This document shows, one piece after another, positions 26,756 through 35,400 of a stretch of DNA of 37,082 nt (position 1 is its first letter; every line of letters starts with the position of its first letter). The notes beneath the pieces are model-generated. The model had not been told where the DNA came from and did no database searches. It worked only from the letters and a program-made list of their open reading frames with translations. Source of the DNA: a virus (lineage: Duplodnaviria > Caudoviricetes); IMG/VR virus record IMGVR_UViG_3300044670_001591, positions 1 to 37,082 of that record; one strand, 5' to 3'. Made by a program: the position numbers and the translations under genes.

Positions 26756-27688
26756 CTACCTTCTCGGGCCATTTTTCGACAACATGCTTTTGACAACGCT
26801 CAGAATGTTGCTGTTCAAGTCGGAACTATCCAACGTACTTGGCGCATTTTTTGTGGTCGGGGGCGGTCGGTCGGAGGCTGCTGCCAGCTTTTGGCTTGTC
26901 TTTTCTTGACGGGTTGTCTGCTGTGGTTTTTTCCCGCCGTACTTCAGACGCAACAGTTCCATAGTGTCCTGCATGTCCTTGCCTGCGGAAGCTCGAGAGA
27001 TGGCCTCTTCTACAGCAGAGCTTCCCAAGTTTTGAATCTCAACGGTGTCATGCCACTCAATGTTTAACTTGTCCGACAAGTCTGCCATGGCGTCAAAGCG
27101 CGCTGAGTCGTTGACCAGCTCCGGGTAGTTGTGAATAAACCACTCGGTGTAACGGTTGGTCTGCTGCTCTACGATTTGTTCGACACGTTCGTTGAGGGCG
27201 TCCATGGCCTTCTGCTGCTCGGCCATCTTCGTCTTCATGCTCTCGACCTTGCCCTCGGCTTCCGAAATGCGGGGGTCCTCTTCTCCGTCGAGCATCGAGT
27301 TCCACAGGCCTTCCCAACGAGAGGCTGCAGCCTGGGCCTGCTCAAGAGAGCTTTTGTGCTTGGTCGCCATGACGTGCATGATGCGTTGCGCCCAATCTCG
27401 CACGTCTTCGGGCAATGCCTCGGTGTTGGTCAGTTCCCAGGTATCCCAGTCGAAGTCGTCGGCCTTCATGCGCTCCTGCAGTTCCTGCATGGGCGTGGGT
27501 GCTTCGGGCTCCGCAGCTGGCTCTGCCGCAACAGGTTCCGGCGTGGGCTCGGGGGTCGCCTCCGCAACGGGCTCTGCCGCAACAGGTTCCGGCGTGGGCT
27601 CTGCAGGCGCAGCCACTGGCTCCGCAGCAGCGGTCGTTTCAGACACAGGTGCAGGTGCAGCCTGAGTTGTCGTCGCGGCCTCTTCCAT
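26756..27688 (-). CDS. Capsid scaffolding protein (310 aa)
   Basis: Acidic Pro/Ala/Glu N-terminus, LPEDVR motif, coiled coil, directly upstream of the MCP, AGGAG RBS. Confidence 0.8.
   Translation of the reverse strand: MEEAATTTQAAPAPVSETTAAAEPVAAPAEPTPEPVAAEPVAEATPEPTPEPVAAEPAAEPEAPTPMQELQERMKADDFDWDTWELTNTEALPEDVRDWAQRIMHVMATKHKSSLEQAQAAASRWEGLWNSMLDGEEDPRISEAEGKVESMKTKMAEQQKAMDALNERVEQIVEQQTNRYTEWFIHNYPELVNDSARFDAMADLSDKLNIEWHDTVEIQNLGSSAVEEAISRASAGKDMQDTMELLRLKYGGKKPQQTTRQEKTSQKLAAASDRPPPTTKNAPSTLDSSDLNSNILSVVKSMLSKNGPRR
27519..27601. repeat. Two exact 32-bp direct repeats (51-bp period; EPTPEPVAAEP)
   Basis: ggctctgccgcaacaggttccggcgtgggctc at 27519-27550 and 27570-27601. Confidence 0.9.
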
Positions 27689-27708
27689 GGTCCTTCTCCT
27701 TGTTGAGT

Positions 27709-28041
27709 TTAACTCATGGGCTTTTTCTTGCCCTCGGCCTGTGCGGCCTTGAATGCCTTCATAATAAGGTCATCGGTCGGGACGCCAGTAAAAACTGCCT
27801 CGTCCTCGTCCATGTCCTCGCCCTCGGGCTCGCCCTCGACCGGCGCTCCAGAGGGGGCCGACTCGGTGTCTTCCTCTTCCTCGGACTCCGAGGACTCGGG
27901 CATGTCCTCGGTGGGCTCGACCGAGACCATCGTGAGGCTTACGCCAGCGTCAGACAGCGCCTTGCACACCTCTTCAAGGTCGGTGCCCTCGGGCAGAGCC
28001 TTGGCAAGCGCAGCCTTTGCATCATCATCGTAGTCCATCAT
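27709..28041 (-). CDS. Small highly acidic protein (110 aa)
   Basis: GAGG RBS, own promoter motif, between the portal and scaffold genes. Confidence 0.7.
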   Translation of the reverse strand: MMDYDDDAKAALAKALPEGTDLEEVCKALSDAGVSLTMVSVEPTEDMPESSESEEEEDTESAPSGAPVEGEPEGEDMDEDEAVFTGVPTDDLIMKAFKAAQAEGKKKPMS

Positions 28042-28067
28042 GTCAGCCTCATTTGGTGAGTGCGCTA

Positions 28068-28096
28068 CTACTAACCCGCACTACTTGTCTTGTCGA
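28068..28096 (-). promoter_or_regulatory. Putative promoter TCGACA-N15-GTTAGTAG
   Basis: Recurrent motif. Confidence 0.55.
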
Positions 28097-28581
28097 AGTC
28101 CTGTAGAGCCGAACTTTTTGTCATCGGCGCTCATTTTGAGTTCGCCGTTGTACTTTTTGTTTTGCCGAGAAAGGTATTTTTCTCGAGCGTCCATCACCAT
28201 CTGGTGGCCGTTCTTTTTCCGCGCGTCTGCGTAGGCCTCCTTGGACTCGTACCCCAACTCTTTGGCGTAGGCGGCTGAAGCCTCTTTGCTAGAGTCTCGC
28301 ACGATTTGCTTCTCGTCCGACTCGAGGATTCGCAGACCCTTTGCATCTGCAGCCTTCTCTACCTCTCGATATGTCGAGAACTCGCCCTTCAGCCCCTCGA
28401 CCTTAATCGAGCTTCCTGAGCACAGTACATTCGGGCTGCGTCGGTTATGCCAACTGACTTTGCAGGGCTGCTTGCACTCGGGACATGGTATGCCTCCAAG
28501 CTCGTCCCTCTTGCTGATTGTACAGAACACATCATCCCAACATGCTTCACAGTCGTCGCATGCGATGTCGTATCTTGGCAT
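28081..28581 (-). CDS. FmdB-like zinc-ribbon protein with helical extension (166 aa)
   Basis: MPRYDIACDDC...CPEC, AGGAG RBS, immediately after the portal. Confidence 0.8.
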   Translation of the reverse strand: MPRYDIACDDCEACWDDVFCTISKRDELGGIPCPECKQPCKVSWHNRRSPNVLCSGSSIKVEGLKGEFSTYREVEKAADAKGLRILESDEKQIVRDSSKEASAAYAKELGYESKEAYADARKKNGHQMVMDAREKYLSRQNKKYNGELKMSADDKKFGSTGLRQDK

Positions 28582-28590
28582 TACCTTCTC

Positions 28591-30396
28591 CTAGATATTG
28601 ATGCCGAGGCCTGCGGCCCCTACCATTCCTTGGTCGATTCCGCCCTCGCCCGTATCCACCTGGCCACCTTCCATCGGACCCACAGCCGCATCTGAAGCGG
28701 GAGCCATCATGTCGGGGCTAGGTGCGCCAGGTCCCATAGGAACCTCGCCGCCAGCTGCAGCCATTGCCTGCTCGTCAGCGAGAATGTCCTGCATAAACGC
28801 CATCTCGAGCAGCATCTCGGTCAGCTTGCGCTGGTCTACGTTGGGATTGCCTACCAGCGACGGCAGCAGAACCTGCAGCTTGCGGAACTGTGCAACCGAG
28901 TTGAGGCTTTCGGCGTTGAAGGGGTGACAGTTCGACTCGAGATTTTCCATGTCGAAGGGCACACGGTTGCCGTCCACGTCAATGAAGCCCATGCTCAACG
29001 GAGTGATGGTCGTATCTCCCTTGCCATCGTCAACGTCCCACTCCCAGTCGTCTGGTAGCAGTTGCGCCGACAAGGCTAGGAACGAAAGGGATGTCCACTC
29101 CCCAAGGTCGTACACTTGGTCCTGGCGGTCCTTGTTGCGCGTCTTGACTGCGCCATCCATGGCAGCGATGTCGGTTGCGACGTCCGAGGCGCTCGCCTGA
29201 CCTCGCTGGTTAGCGGGCATGGCCAGCACCCACTCTGCATCTCCGATAAGCTGGTTCATCATCTTGTCGAAGTCGAGGTTGAGGTTCGGCACAGGGGTCT
29301 GCGTGAACACGTCCTCCGGGCGAACCTGCTGCTTGGTCTCAAAGACTGCGTACTGCCCAGGGCTCGTGGCTCGGTCTAGGCTGGTCTGGAAGGCCTCGGG
29401 GTCGTCGAGCAGCTTGGCGTTCAGCATGCCGGTGGGTACCGACATCTTGGCATGGTGCAACCGAAGAGAAGACATCTCGTTGATGCGCTGCACCGAGGGG
29501 AATGCCAGCTGTCCGTCAGAGATGCCGCCGAGGTCCTCGAGGTTGTCGTGGAAGGTCAGCAACTTGAAGGGGTTGTTGAGGTACTGCCAGGGCAATGGGC
29601 CTTCGTACAGGACCCTGCACTCGCCATCTAGGAAGTGGTAATACTTCTTGGCCACAAAGTCGTAGACCTCGTAGATGGTCGTCCACTGGTAGTTGTTGCG
29701 CACAACCTGAGCTTCGTCGCTCTTGTCCGTGCGGTCCTGCGGCACAAGCCACTGCGGGTACGAGCCGTATGAAACGTCGTCCTTTGCCGAGGCGCGGTAC
29801 ACACCGCCCTGCTTACCCTTGACTCGCAGCCGGTCCTCAAACACTGCGCGCGTGATGGGCTTGGCCTCAATCACATAGCGCACATCTTCCCAGTCATCTG
29901 CAGCCGTATCGAAGAAGATGCTATGCGGCTTGATAGCCCGAAGCACAGGTCGGTTTTTCTCGGGGCTCCAGTATGCCTTCAGAAATGCGCGGGGGTAGAT
30001 GCAGGCCATTCGGACGGCCTTGCGAATGTGCTTGCCTACCTTGGCTCGCGTCATCATGTCGTTGACGTACACCTCGCGGTGTCGGGCCTGGTCCTTCTCT
30101 CGGCGCAGCCGAGGCCGCAGCGAAACCTGCGGGCGCGGTGGGCAGACGTTGGCAACGAGGGTGTCTGCGAAGCCGAACAGGTAGTTGACCTCGTGCTCAA
30201 GACCGTACTCGTCCATCATGTCTTCGGGACGGGCCTCCATCGAAGCCCGGTCGTCCATCCAGTACGAGCCTCGGTAGGTCCGACCCAGCACGTCCCAGCC
30301 CGCTCGTTCATCCCGAAGGTTTTCCCGGTGCGAACGAATGGTGGCATTCCAAAAACGCTCTGTGGGATTGAGGTCGTCGTTACCGTTGCTTTCCAT
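28591..30396 (-). CDS. Portal protein (P22/T7-like, 601 aa)
   Basis: Follows TerL; IKPHSIFFD...EDVRYVIE, IYEVYD, QRINE..S, QRG....ATDI motifs and low-complexity tail. Confidence 0.85.
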   Translation of the reverse strand: MESNGNDDLNPTERFWNATIRSHRENLRDERAGWDVLGRTYRGSYWMDDRASMEARPEDMMDEYGLEHEVNYLFGFADTLVANVCPPRPQVSLRPRLRREKDQARHREVYVNDMMTRAKVGKHIRKAVRMACIYPRAFLKAYWSPEKNRPVLRAIKPHSIFFDTAADDWEDVRYVIEAKPITRAVFEDRLRVKGKQGGVYRASAKDDVSYGSYPQWLVPQDRTDKSDEAQVVRNNYQWTTIYEVYDFVAKKYYHFLDGECRVLYEGPLPWQYLNNPFKLLTFHDNLEDLGGISDGQLAFPSVQRINEMSSLRLHHAKMSVPTGMLNAKLLDDPEAFQTSLDRATSPGQYAVFETKQQVRPEDVFTQTPVPNLNLDFDKMMNQLIGDAEWVLAMPANQRGQASASDVATDIAAMDGAVKTRNKDRQDQVYDLGEWTSLSFLALSAQLLPDDWEWDVDDGKGDTTITPLSMGFIDVDGNRVPFDMENLESNCHPFNAESLNSVAQFRKLQVLLPSLVGNPNVDQRKLTEMLLEMAFMQDILADEQAMAAAGGEVPMGPGAPSPDMMAPASDAAVGPMEGGQVDTGEGGIDQGMVGAAGLGINI

Positions 30397-30413
30397 AGCA
30401 TCCTCGCTCGTCT

Positions 30414-30442
30414 CGTTTAACCCAAGCCCATAGGCCCAGCAA
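30414..30442 (-). promoter_or_regulatory. Putative promoter TTGCTG-N15-GTTAAACG
   Basis: Recurrent motif. Confidence 0.65.
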
Positions 30443-30444
30443 GG

Positions 30445-32283
30445 CTAACGCTTGGGCAAACCAAAGCGTCTACGCGCCCTCTCTGCCTCTCGTTTGTCCT
30501 GACGCTCTTCTCTGTGTTTGGCCCACCTGCGCTTCTGCCACTGCGCCGCCGTTAGGTCGGCGTAATCCCTACGCTCGTCGTCTTCGTCGCTCTCCGGTTC
30601 GACGTAGGGCTTGAACCGGGTAGGCATTTGCGTGGCGAACCAGCACGCCCACAGCAGTGCGCTGACCCGGTCCCAGTGGTGCTTCTCCCGACGGCCTCGC
30701 TGGTTCTCACCAGGCCGTAGGATTTTGAACGTCTCGCTTTCTACAACTTCTTTGTCTCGGCGGTAGCTGCTGATTTGCGCAAAGGTCAGGTCGCCTCGGA
30801 CGCGGAGCTTCTTGTCGAGCATGTAGTCAATCATGCGGCTCATTGCCTGCGCGTTGGTCTTCCGTGTTGCAGGTACTCCGGGTTTTCCAAATGCGTGATA
30901 GTACAGGTTCTTGATGTGGTATTCCTGCATGTCCCCTTCCCGGTTGGGTAGGGTCGCATAGTTACTGTCCGCAAGTACAAGCTGACTAAGAACGCCAAGG
31001 CCAACACCGTTATTCTCCACCACAACCATCGCGTCGTTGTATGCGCCAGCAAGCTCGCAGGTCACTCGAGCTACAAGTAGCGGGTCTGCTGTACGGCTAC
31101 TGAACTCGGCCACCTGTGTGACCTCTTCCTCAAATACCGACAATACTTGAATCGAAGCCTGGTCGCCTGCGCCAAAGCCAGAGGGGTCTACGCCAATGAC
31201 GTACTGGTGGTCTGGCTGAGGCTCTTCGTAGATTTGCAGCCCCTCTTCGTCGGGGTTCCACGGGATGCGGATTTGCTCTTCTAGGTTGGTGATGGCCTGC
31301 AGCGGCAGCGAGCCTGAGCCCTTATGCTGCCAGCACGAGACGGGGTCCATGGGGTAGAAGACCCAGAACAGCTGCGGGTCCCTTCGCAGGCGCGGGTTGG
31401 TCTTCATCATGTGGCGGCGGAAGGCCAAGTTCTCTAGTGTCAGGTAGGGTGCGCCCGGTGCGCTAACGGGGTCGTCGCCTCGAGGTCCGTACCTGCGCAG
31501 CCAGTTGATTTCCTCGGGCGTTGGCTTCCAGTCCTTTCGCCAGATGCGCTCATTTAGGTTTGAGCGGTAGAAGGGCATGAAGATAAAGCGGAAGCGGCCT
31601 GTCTGGTCACCCATGGTCTCAAAGCAGATGTCTCTGAAAAACTCTGCACTGGGTTCGGACAGGGGTGCGGGGGTGCTCTCCATGCACATCATGGCTTCTT
31701 TGCGGTTCACAAAGGCAGGCTCCATGACGTACCACTGGTTTTCTGCGGCGCGCATGAATGGCACCTCAGACAAAACGGCGGCATCCCACGAACGGCCAAT
31801 GCCCTGGTTGTCTGCGTCGAGCGAGAACGTGGCTAGGCTACCGCTGGGGCGACCGTCGCGCGTGAAGCTCAACTTGCGGTTTGGGTTGCCGCTAACGGTT
31901 GGCCTAATCTCTGGCGGCAGGTTGTAGTGCGTCCAGTTGATGTACTTGAACAAGTCGTCGGCACGCTCGCGCTTGTCCGCTAGAATGCCGCCCGTCTGGC
32001 CTGGGTTGAAGGCCGTTTGCAAATATGCGCAACTTGCATTCACATAGCTCTTCGTGCTCTGACGACTGGCCACCACAAGCGGCCAGCACTTGTGCCCTTC
32101 CTCTGTTCGCGGCGGGTCAGTCCAAAAGTCAAAGAGTTGTGTAGCCAGCGAGGGGGCTACACCTTTGATGTCGTACCGCTCGAGTTCCGAGGTTGATTGG
32201 TTCAGCACGGTACCGTATGCAGCCATCGTGGCCGCATAGTCCTGCGTCATCAGTTGGTCTATTTTTGTTTTAGCAAATCGCAT
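30445..32283 (-). CDS. terL: Terminase large subunit (612 aa)
   Basis: Walker A-like ASRQSTKS, Walker B AVLSEVPF, coupling motif MESTP, FMPFY, and RNase H-like nuclease motifs YVIGVDPSG, VVENNGVG, HWDRVSA. Confidence 0.92.
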   Translation of the reverse strand: MRFAKTKIDQLMTQDYAATMAAYGTVLNQSTSELERYDIKGVAPSLATQLFDFWTDPPRTEEGHKCWPLVVASRQSTKSYVNASCAYLQTAFNPGQTGGILADKRERADDLFKYINWTHYNLPPEIRPTVSGNPNRKLSFTRDGRPSGSLATFSLDADNQGIGRSWDAAVLSEVPFMRAAENQWYVMEPAFVNRKEAMMCMESTPAPLSEPSAEFFRDICFETMGDQTGRFRFIFMPFYRSNLNERIWRKDWKPTPEEINWLRRYGPRGDDPVSAPGAPYLTLENLAFRRHMMKTNPRLRRDPQLFWVFYPMDPVSCWQHKGSGSLPLQAITNLEEQIRIPWNPDEEGLQIYEEPQPDHQYVIGVDPSGFGAGDQASIQVLSVFEEEVTQVAEFSSRTADPLLVARVTCELAGAYNDAMVVVENNGVGLGVLSQLVLADSNYATLPNREGDMQEYHIKNLYYHAFGKPGVPATRKTNAQAMSRMIDYMLDKKLRVRGDLTFAQISSYRRDKEVVESETFKILRPGENQRGRREKHHWDRVSALLWACWFATQMPTRFKPYVEPESDEDDERRDYADLTAAQWQKRRWAKHREERQDKREAERARRRFGLPKR

Positions 32284-32969
32284 TGCAGCTGCTCGATTTC
32301 GTCCTGTGCCGCAAGGAACGAAACCGCAATGTGTTGGTTCAGCAGCCAGCGGCGCTCAATGTGCTTCTTGAGGTCCTCGGAGCAGTCCTTGCTCTGGCTC
32401 ATGACGTCTACGGTTTCTTGAATCGAGCCCTTTGGTCGAACAAATAAAATGTTCTGCAGAGCTACCTTGAGGTCCTGCTGCTCTTCTCGGGTCAGGGTCT
32501 GCCGCCAAATCTCAAGCCCGTCTTGGTAGTGGCCTTCGGTCAGGTATTCCTTAATCTCGGCAGGGTCTGCCTCGACCCAGATGGCGCAATCGCCGAATCC
32601 GAACTCGAAACTTTCGTCTTCGTGTAGTGCGGTCAATGTCATAAGGTCCGTGAACTGGCTTACCGTCATGCCCTCGAGCAGGGTACGGTTGAAGGCTCCA
32701 CTCGGCTCCGTCGGCATTTCGCCCATGGGGCTGGGGTAGTGGTAGTAGCCTCCGGTCTCCTTTTCCTCGTCCTCGTAGAAGTCAATCGACATGCCGCCGA
32801 GGTGGTCGATGGAGATGCTCTTGAGGCGTCGCAACTGCCCCTCGTCAAGGAGCGCGAATACAGCCTCGGGCGTTGGCGTGGTCTTCAGCGCGCCCATTAG
32901 GTTTGGGTGCAGCATGCCCTCGGGGGCCTTGAACTCTGGTATGTTGAACAAGGCCTTCAGAAACTTCAC
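32259..32969 (-). CDS. Hypothetical protein (236 aa)
   Basis: GTGA coupling with the upstream gene; 25-bp overlap with terL. Confidence 0.65.
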   Translation of the reverse strand: MKFLKALFNIPEFKAPEGMLHPNLMGALKTTPTPEAVFALLDEGQLRRLKSISIDHLGGMSIDFYEDEEKETGGYYHYPSPMGEMPTEPSGAFNRTLLEGMTVSQFTDLMTLTALHEDESFEFGFGDCAIWVEADPAEIKEYLTEGHYQDGLEIWRQTLTREEQQDLKVALQNILFVRPKGSIQETVDVMSQSKDCSEDLKKHIERRWLLNQHIAVSFLAAQDEIEQLQCDLLKQK

Positions 32970-33394
32970 GACGTCCCTCGCTTCAGTTTGAGTGGTTCTG
33001 CGTCAATCACTGCAGGCTCTGGGTTGCTTTGGTTAATGAAGTTGTCAAGGTTGCCGTAGTCGGGCAGTTTCTTTTTGACGGCCTTCTCGAGGCGGCTTGC
33101 CTCGCTCAGGGTCTGGCTCACCGTGGCTGTTAGTGTCGCCGTGGTGGTGTTGGTCTTGCGCGCAACCAGGCTGTGGCTAATGAGGGCGAGCAGGTCGTGG
33201 CAGGCCTTCGACATCGAGGGTGTTAGCCGTCCTGCCGCTGTGTAGGCCAGGACCTTGACCGTCAGTCGTTCAAATACGTCGGCGTCCCCGGCTACGTCGC
33301 AGCTGAGAATGTCGAGGTAGATTTCCTGGCGGATTTTTTCGGGCACCTCGGTGTAGTAGGCCCGAAAGCTCGCCGCTTCACCTTTGTCGGCCAT
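32966..33394 (-). CDS. Hypothetical helical protein, candidate terminase small subunit (142 aa)
   Basis: AGGAG RBS and own promoter motif. Only size and position support TerS; no diagnostic motif. Confidence 0.45.
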   Translation of the reverse strand: MADKGEAASFRAYYTEVPEKIRQEIYLDILSCDVAGDADVFERLTVKVLAYTAAGRLTPSMSKACHDLLALISHSLVARKTNTTTATLTATVSQTLSEASRLEKAVKKKLPDYGNLDNFINQSNPEPAVIDAEPLKLKRGTS

Positions 33395-33411
33395 GGCTTC
33401 TCCTCTGGCTA

Positions 33412-33440
33412 CGGTTAACGCTCGTAGAGTTTGGTTGCAA
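33412..33440 (-). promoter_or_regulatory. Putative promoter TTGCAA-N15-GTTAACCG
   Basis: Recurrent motif overlapping the 3' end of the upstream gene. Confidence 0.6.
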
Positions 33441-34296
33441 GGTACATGGGCTCGCGGTCGGATGCCCAGGTTCGTATGACGTTGATTCGGTCAGGCCGAG
33501 GCTTGGCCTCCCCCTGCGAGGCCACATGCGCAGCATTTCTGCCGAGCAGCGGGGCGTCGAGGGGTAGAAGGTCGGAGGCACGGGTACGGAGAGGCTCAAA
33601 GGGGCGGGCGCGTGCCTGGAGGGCCTTGGGGTCCCACAGCCAGGGGGGTAGGGCCATGGCCACCTCTGCGTCCTCTGTAGCGAGGGGGTCCCGCTCGAGG
33701 TGCTGTAACGCTTGAGCTTGTTTGAGGGGTGGCTTGTCGAAACGTCGCCAGAGGTTGCAGTCCACGTTGTGTGCGTAAATGTTGAACTGCGGTGTCTGCA
33801 GTAGGCTGCGTGCGCCTCGGCGGGCCACTGCCTCTTCCTTGCGGTTGAGGGGGACGCCGTAGACGTAGGCGAATAGCTCAGGTAGGCCTGGCCGCACTGT
33901 CCACTTGTAGAGGTATTGGCTGTAGTCGTACTTGGCACAGCGATTTGAACCGCCAAAGGCTCGTAGAAGGTGGATGGGGGTTACCCAGGGTGGCCAGTCG
34001 TCAGGCCACTTGGAGGGCCACTCGCCGTTGGGGTTGAATAGCAGTCCTCGGTCAGCCCAGTTTGCAGCGGGCTCGTAGTAGGCCAGGAACTCTCGCCAGC
34101 GTAGAACGGATACTTTGTGGATGGTTGACAGGCTGCTGAGCTTTTTCTGCTCGTAGCCTTTGGAGTACGCGCTACGCCATTGGCCATATTGCACATAGAA
34201 GAGGGGGCGCACGCCAAGGGGCAGCGGGTTGTAGTTGGACTTGTTGGCTAGGTAGCGCAGGAAGGGCGCGGCAGAGCCATGTTTAACGGGAGGCAT
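33415..34296 (-). CDS. Basic, aromatic-rich hypothetical protein (293 aa), probably leaderless
   Basis: The track start at 34560 runs through the repeat array. ATG 34296 lies 6 nt downstream of a -10 box and has no RBS. Confidence 0.6.
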   Translation of the reverse strand: MPPVKHGSAAPFLRYLANKSNYNPLPLGVRPLFYVQYGQWRSAYSKGYEQKKLSSLSTIHKVSVLRWREFLAYYEPAANWADRGLLFNPNGEWPSKWPDDWPPWVTPIHLLRAFGGSNRCAKYDYSQYLYKWTVRPGLPELFAYVYGVPLNRKEEAVARRGARSLLQTPQFNIYAHNVDCNLWRRFDKPPLKQAQALQHLERDPLATEDAEVAMALPPWLWDPKALQARARPFEPLRTRASDLLPLDAPLLGRNAAHVASQGEAKPRPDRINVIRTWASDREPMYLATKLYER

Positions 34297-34301
34297 GGCA
34301 T

Positions 34302-34330
34302 AGCCTAACCAGCGAAAGGCAAAAGGCCAA
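34302..34330 (-). promoter_or_regulatory. Putative promoter TTGGCC-N15-GTTAGGCT (has the -7 T)
   Basis: Recurrent motif; the -10 TAGGCT is near consensus. Confidence 0.65.
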
Positions 34331-34361
34331 TGGGGTGAAACAGGCCTCTGTGCCAGCGGGG

Positions 34362-34734
34362 TGTTACATTGAAAGCAGGCGGTAGACCTGGCTTTTGCGG
34401 CGGTGGCGAGGGGACTGTTACACCTTGTAACACCCCTGGGTGTGTCACTGTAACAGCAGTTTGGCCGGGGCATATGAAGAAGTTTGAGGGGACTGTAACA
34501 CTGTAACACTTCCAAAAAATATATATACATAAGTGTGCGTGTAAGTACACACACACACATGCCCTACGTCTATATTTTACCTGTTACATTGTTACAAGGG
34601 GTATAAAAGTAAATAAAACTACGGTAGAACCTGCCATATGCATGACACACTTTCGGGTGTTACAGATGTTCCAAGAACATGGGCTTTTTCGGCGATATTG
34701 CAGTTTGGCGCGATGTAACAGTTGGGGTGTTACA
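34362..34734. repeat. TGTWACA iteron array with dyad-symmetric AT-rich core; putative replication origin
   Basis: 11 perfect TGTTACA/TGTAACA copies, at 34362, 34416, 34426, 34449, 34494, 34502, 34582, 34590, 34658, 34714 and 34728. Confidence 0.8.
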
Positions 34735-34777
34735 GACGAAAATAGGACTAAACTGGGCCATCTGGGGGGTGGCACGG

Positions 34778-34806
34778 TTGCCATCGCAGACCCCGTCGGT
34801 TATGAG
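34778..34806 (+). promoter_or_regulatory. Putative promoter TTGCCA-N15-GTTATGAG
   Basis: Same motif on the plus strand, upstream of 34840. Confidence 0.65.
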
Positions 34807-34839
34807 TAGGCCGACAACCCACTTGAGCAGGAGTGCTCC

Positions 34840-35268
34840 ATGTCCCAGTCTCTCCGCCCTGACGACCTCGTAATCGGGGCGCTGGGCCAGAACTTTCTCG
34901 GTAAGGTTAAGGCCCTCGTCGCAGGTGCCAACGCAGTGTCTAAGGGCGACTCTGTGGTTGTGACCTCGCTGTCCTTTGGCCCCCGAGGCACTCCTCGCGC
35001 TGGTCAGGTTACGCGGTCAACCGCTGCGCCTGATGGCCTGGTGATGATTGCTTCCAACGACGCCGCTGTTGGCCGTCAGGTCGTGCTGGTGGATTGGCTT
35101 CCGCTTCAGTTCGACACCTCGGCAGCTGCTGCGGGCGACCCGGTCTACATCGCCGCCGACGGCTCTCCCACGCTTGCCTTGGGCACCGTGATTGTTGGCG
35201 CGGTCGTCGACGTCGGCACCATCGCTAACGGTGGCTCCATTATCTTGAAGGGCCCCGGCGTCGTCTAA
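34840..35268 (+). CDS. Stand-alone capsid cement-like (DUF2190-like) protein (142 aa)
   Basis: AGGAG RBS; AVSKGDSVVV...MIASNDAAVG...FDTSAAAAGDPVYI...IVGAV; own promoter and terminator. Confidence 0.7.
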   Translation: MSQSLRPDDLVIGALGQNFLGKVKALVAGANAVSKGDSVVVTSLSFGPRGTPRAGQVTRSTAAPDGLVMIASNDAAVGRQVVLVDWLPLQFDTSAAAAGDPVYIAADGSPTLALGTVIVGAVVDVGTIANGGSIILKGPGVV

Positions 35269-35288
35269 CCCCGACAAGGTTTCCCTCG

Positions 35289-35328
35289 AGCCCCAGTCCC
35301 TATTCTCCAGGGGCTGGGGTTTTTCTTT
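35289..35328 (+). terminator. Rho-independent terminator
   Basis: agccccagtccct / aggggctggggtt stem (with G-U pairs) followed by TTTTCTTT. Confidence 0.8.
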
Positions 35329-35400
35329 GCATAAACTTTGCTGGCAGTTTTTGTCGCCAAGACCATTCTTTTTTTCTTACCTCCCCTCATTAATGGAAAC

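Noticed and set aside
34297-34560. N-terminal extension of the 381-aa track ORF
   Set aside because: Translates the iteron and microsatellite DNA; a promoter sits just before ATG 34296.
34770-34790. Sigma54-like TGGCAC...GC site
   Set aside because: GG-to-GC spacing does not fit the -24/-12 rule; better explained by the TTG-N15-GTTA family.
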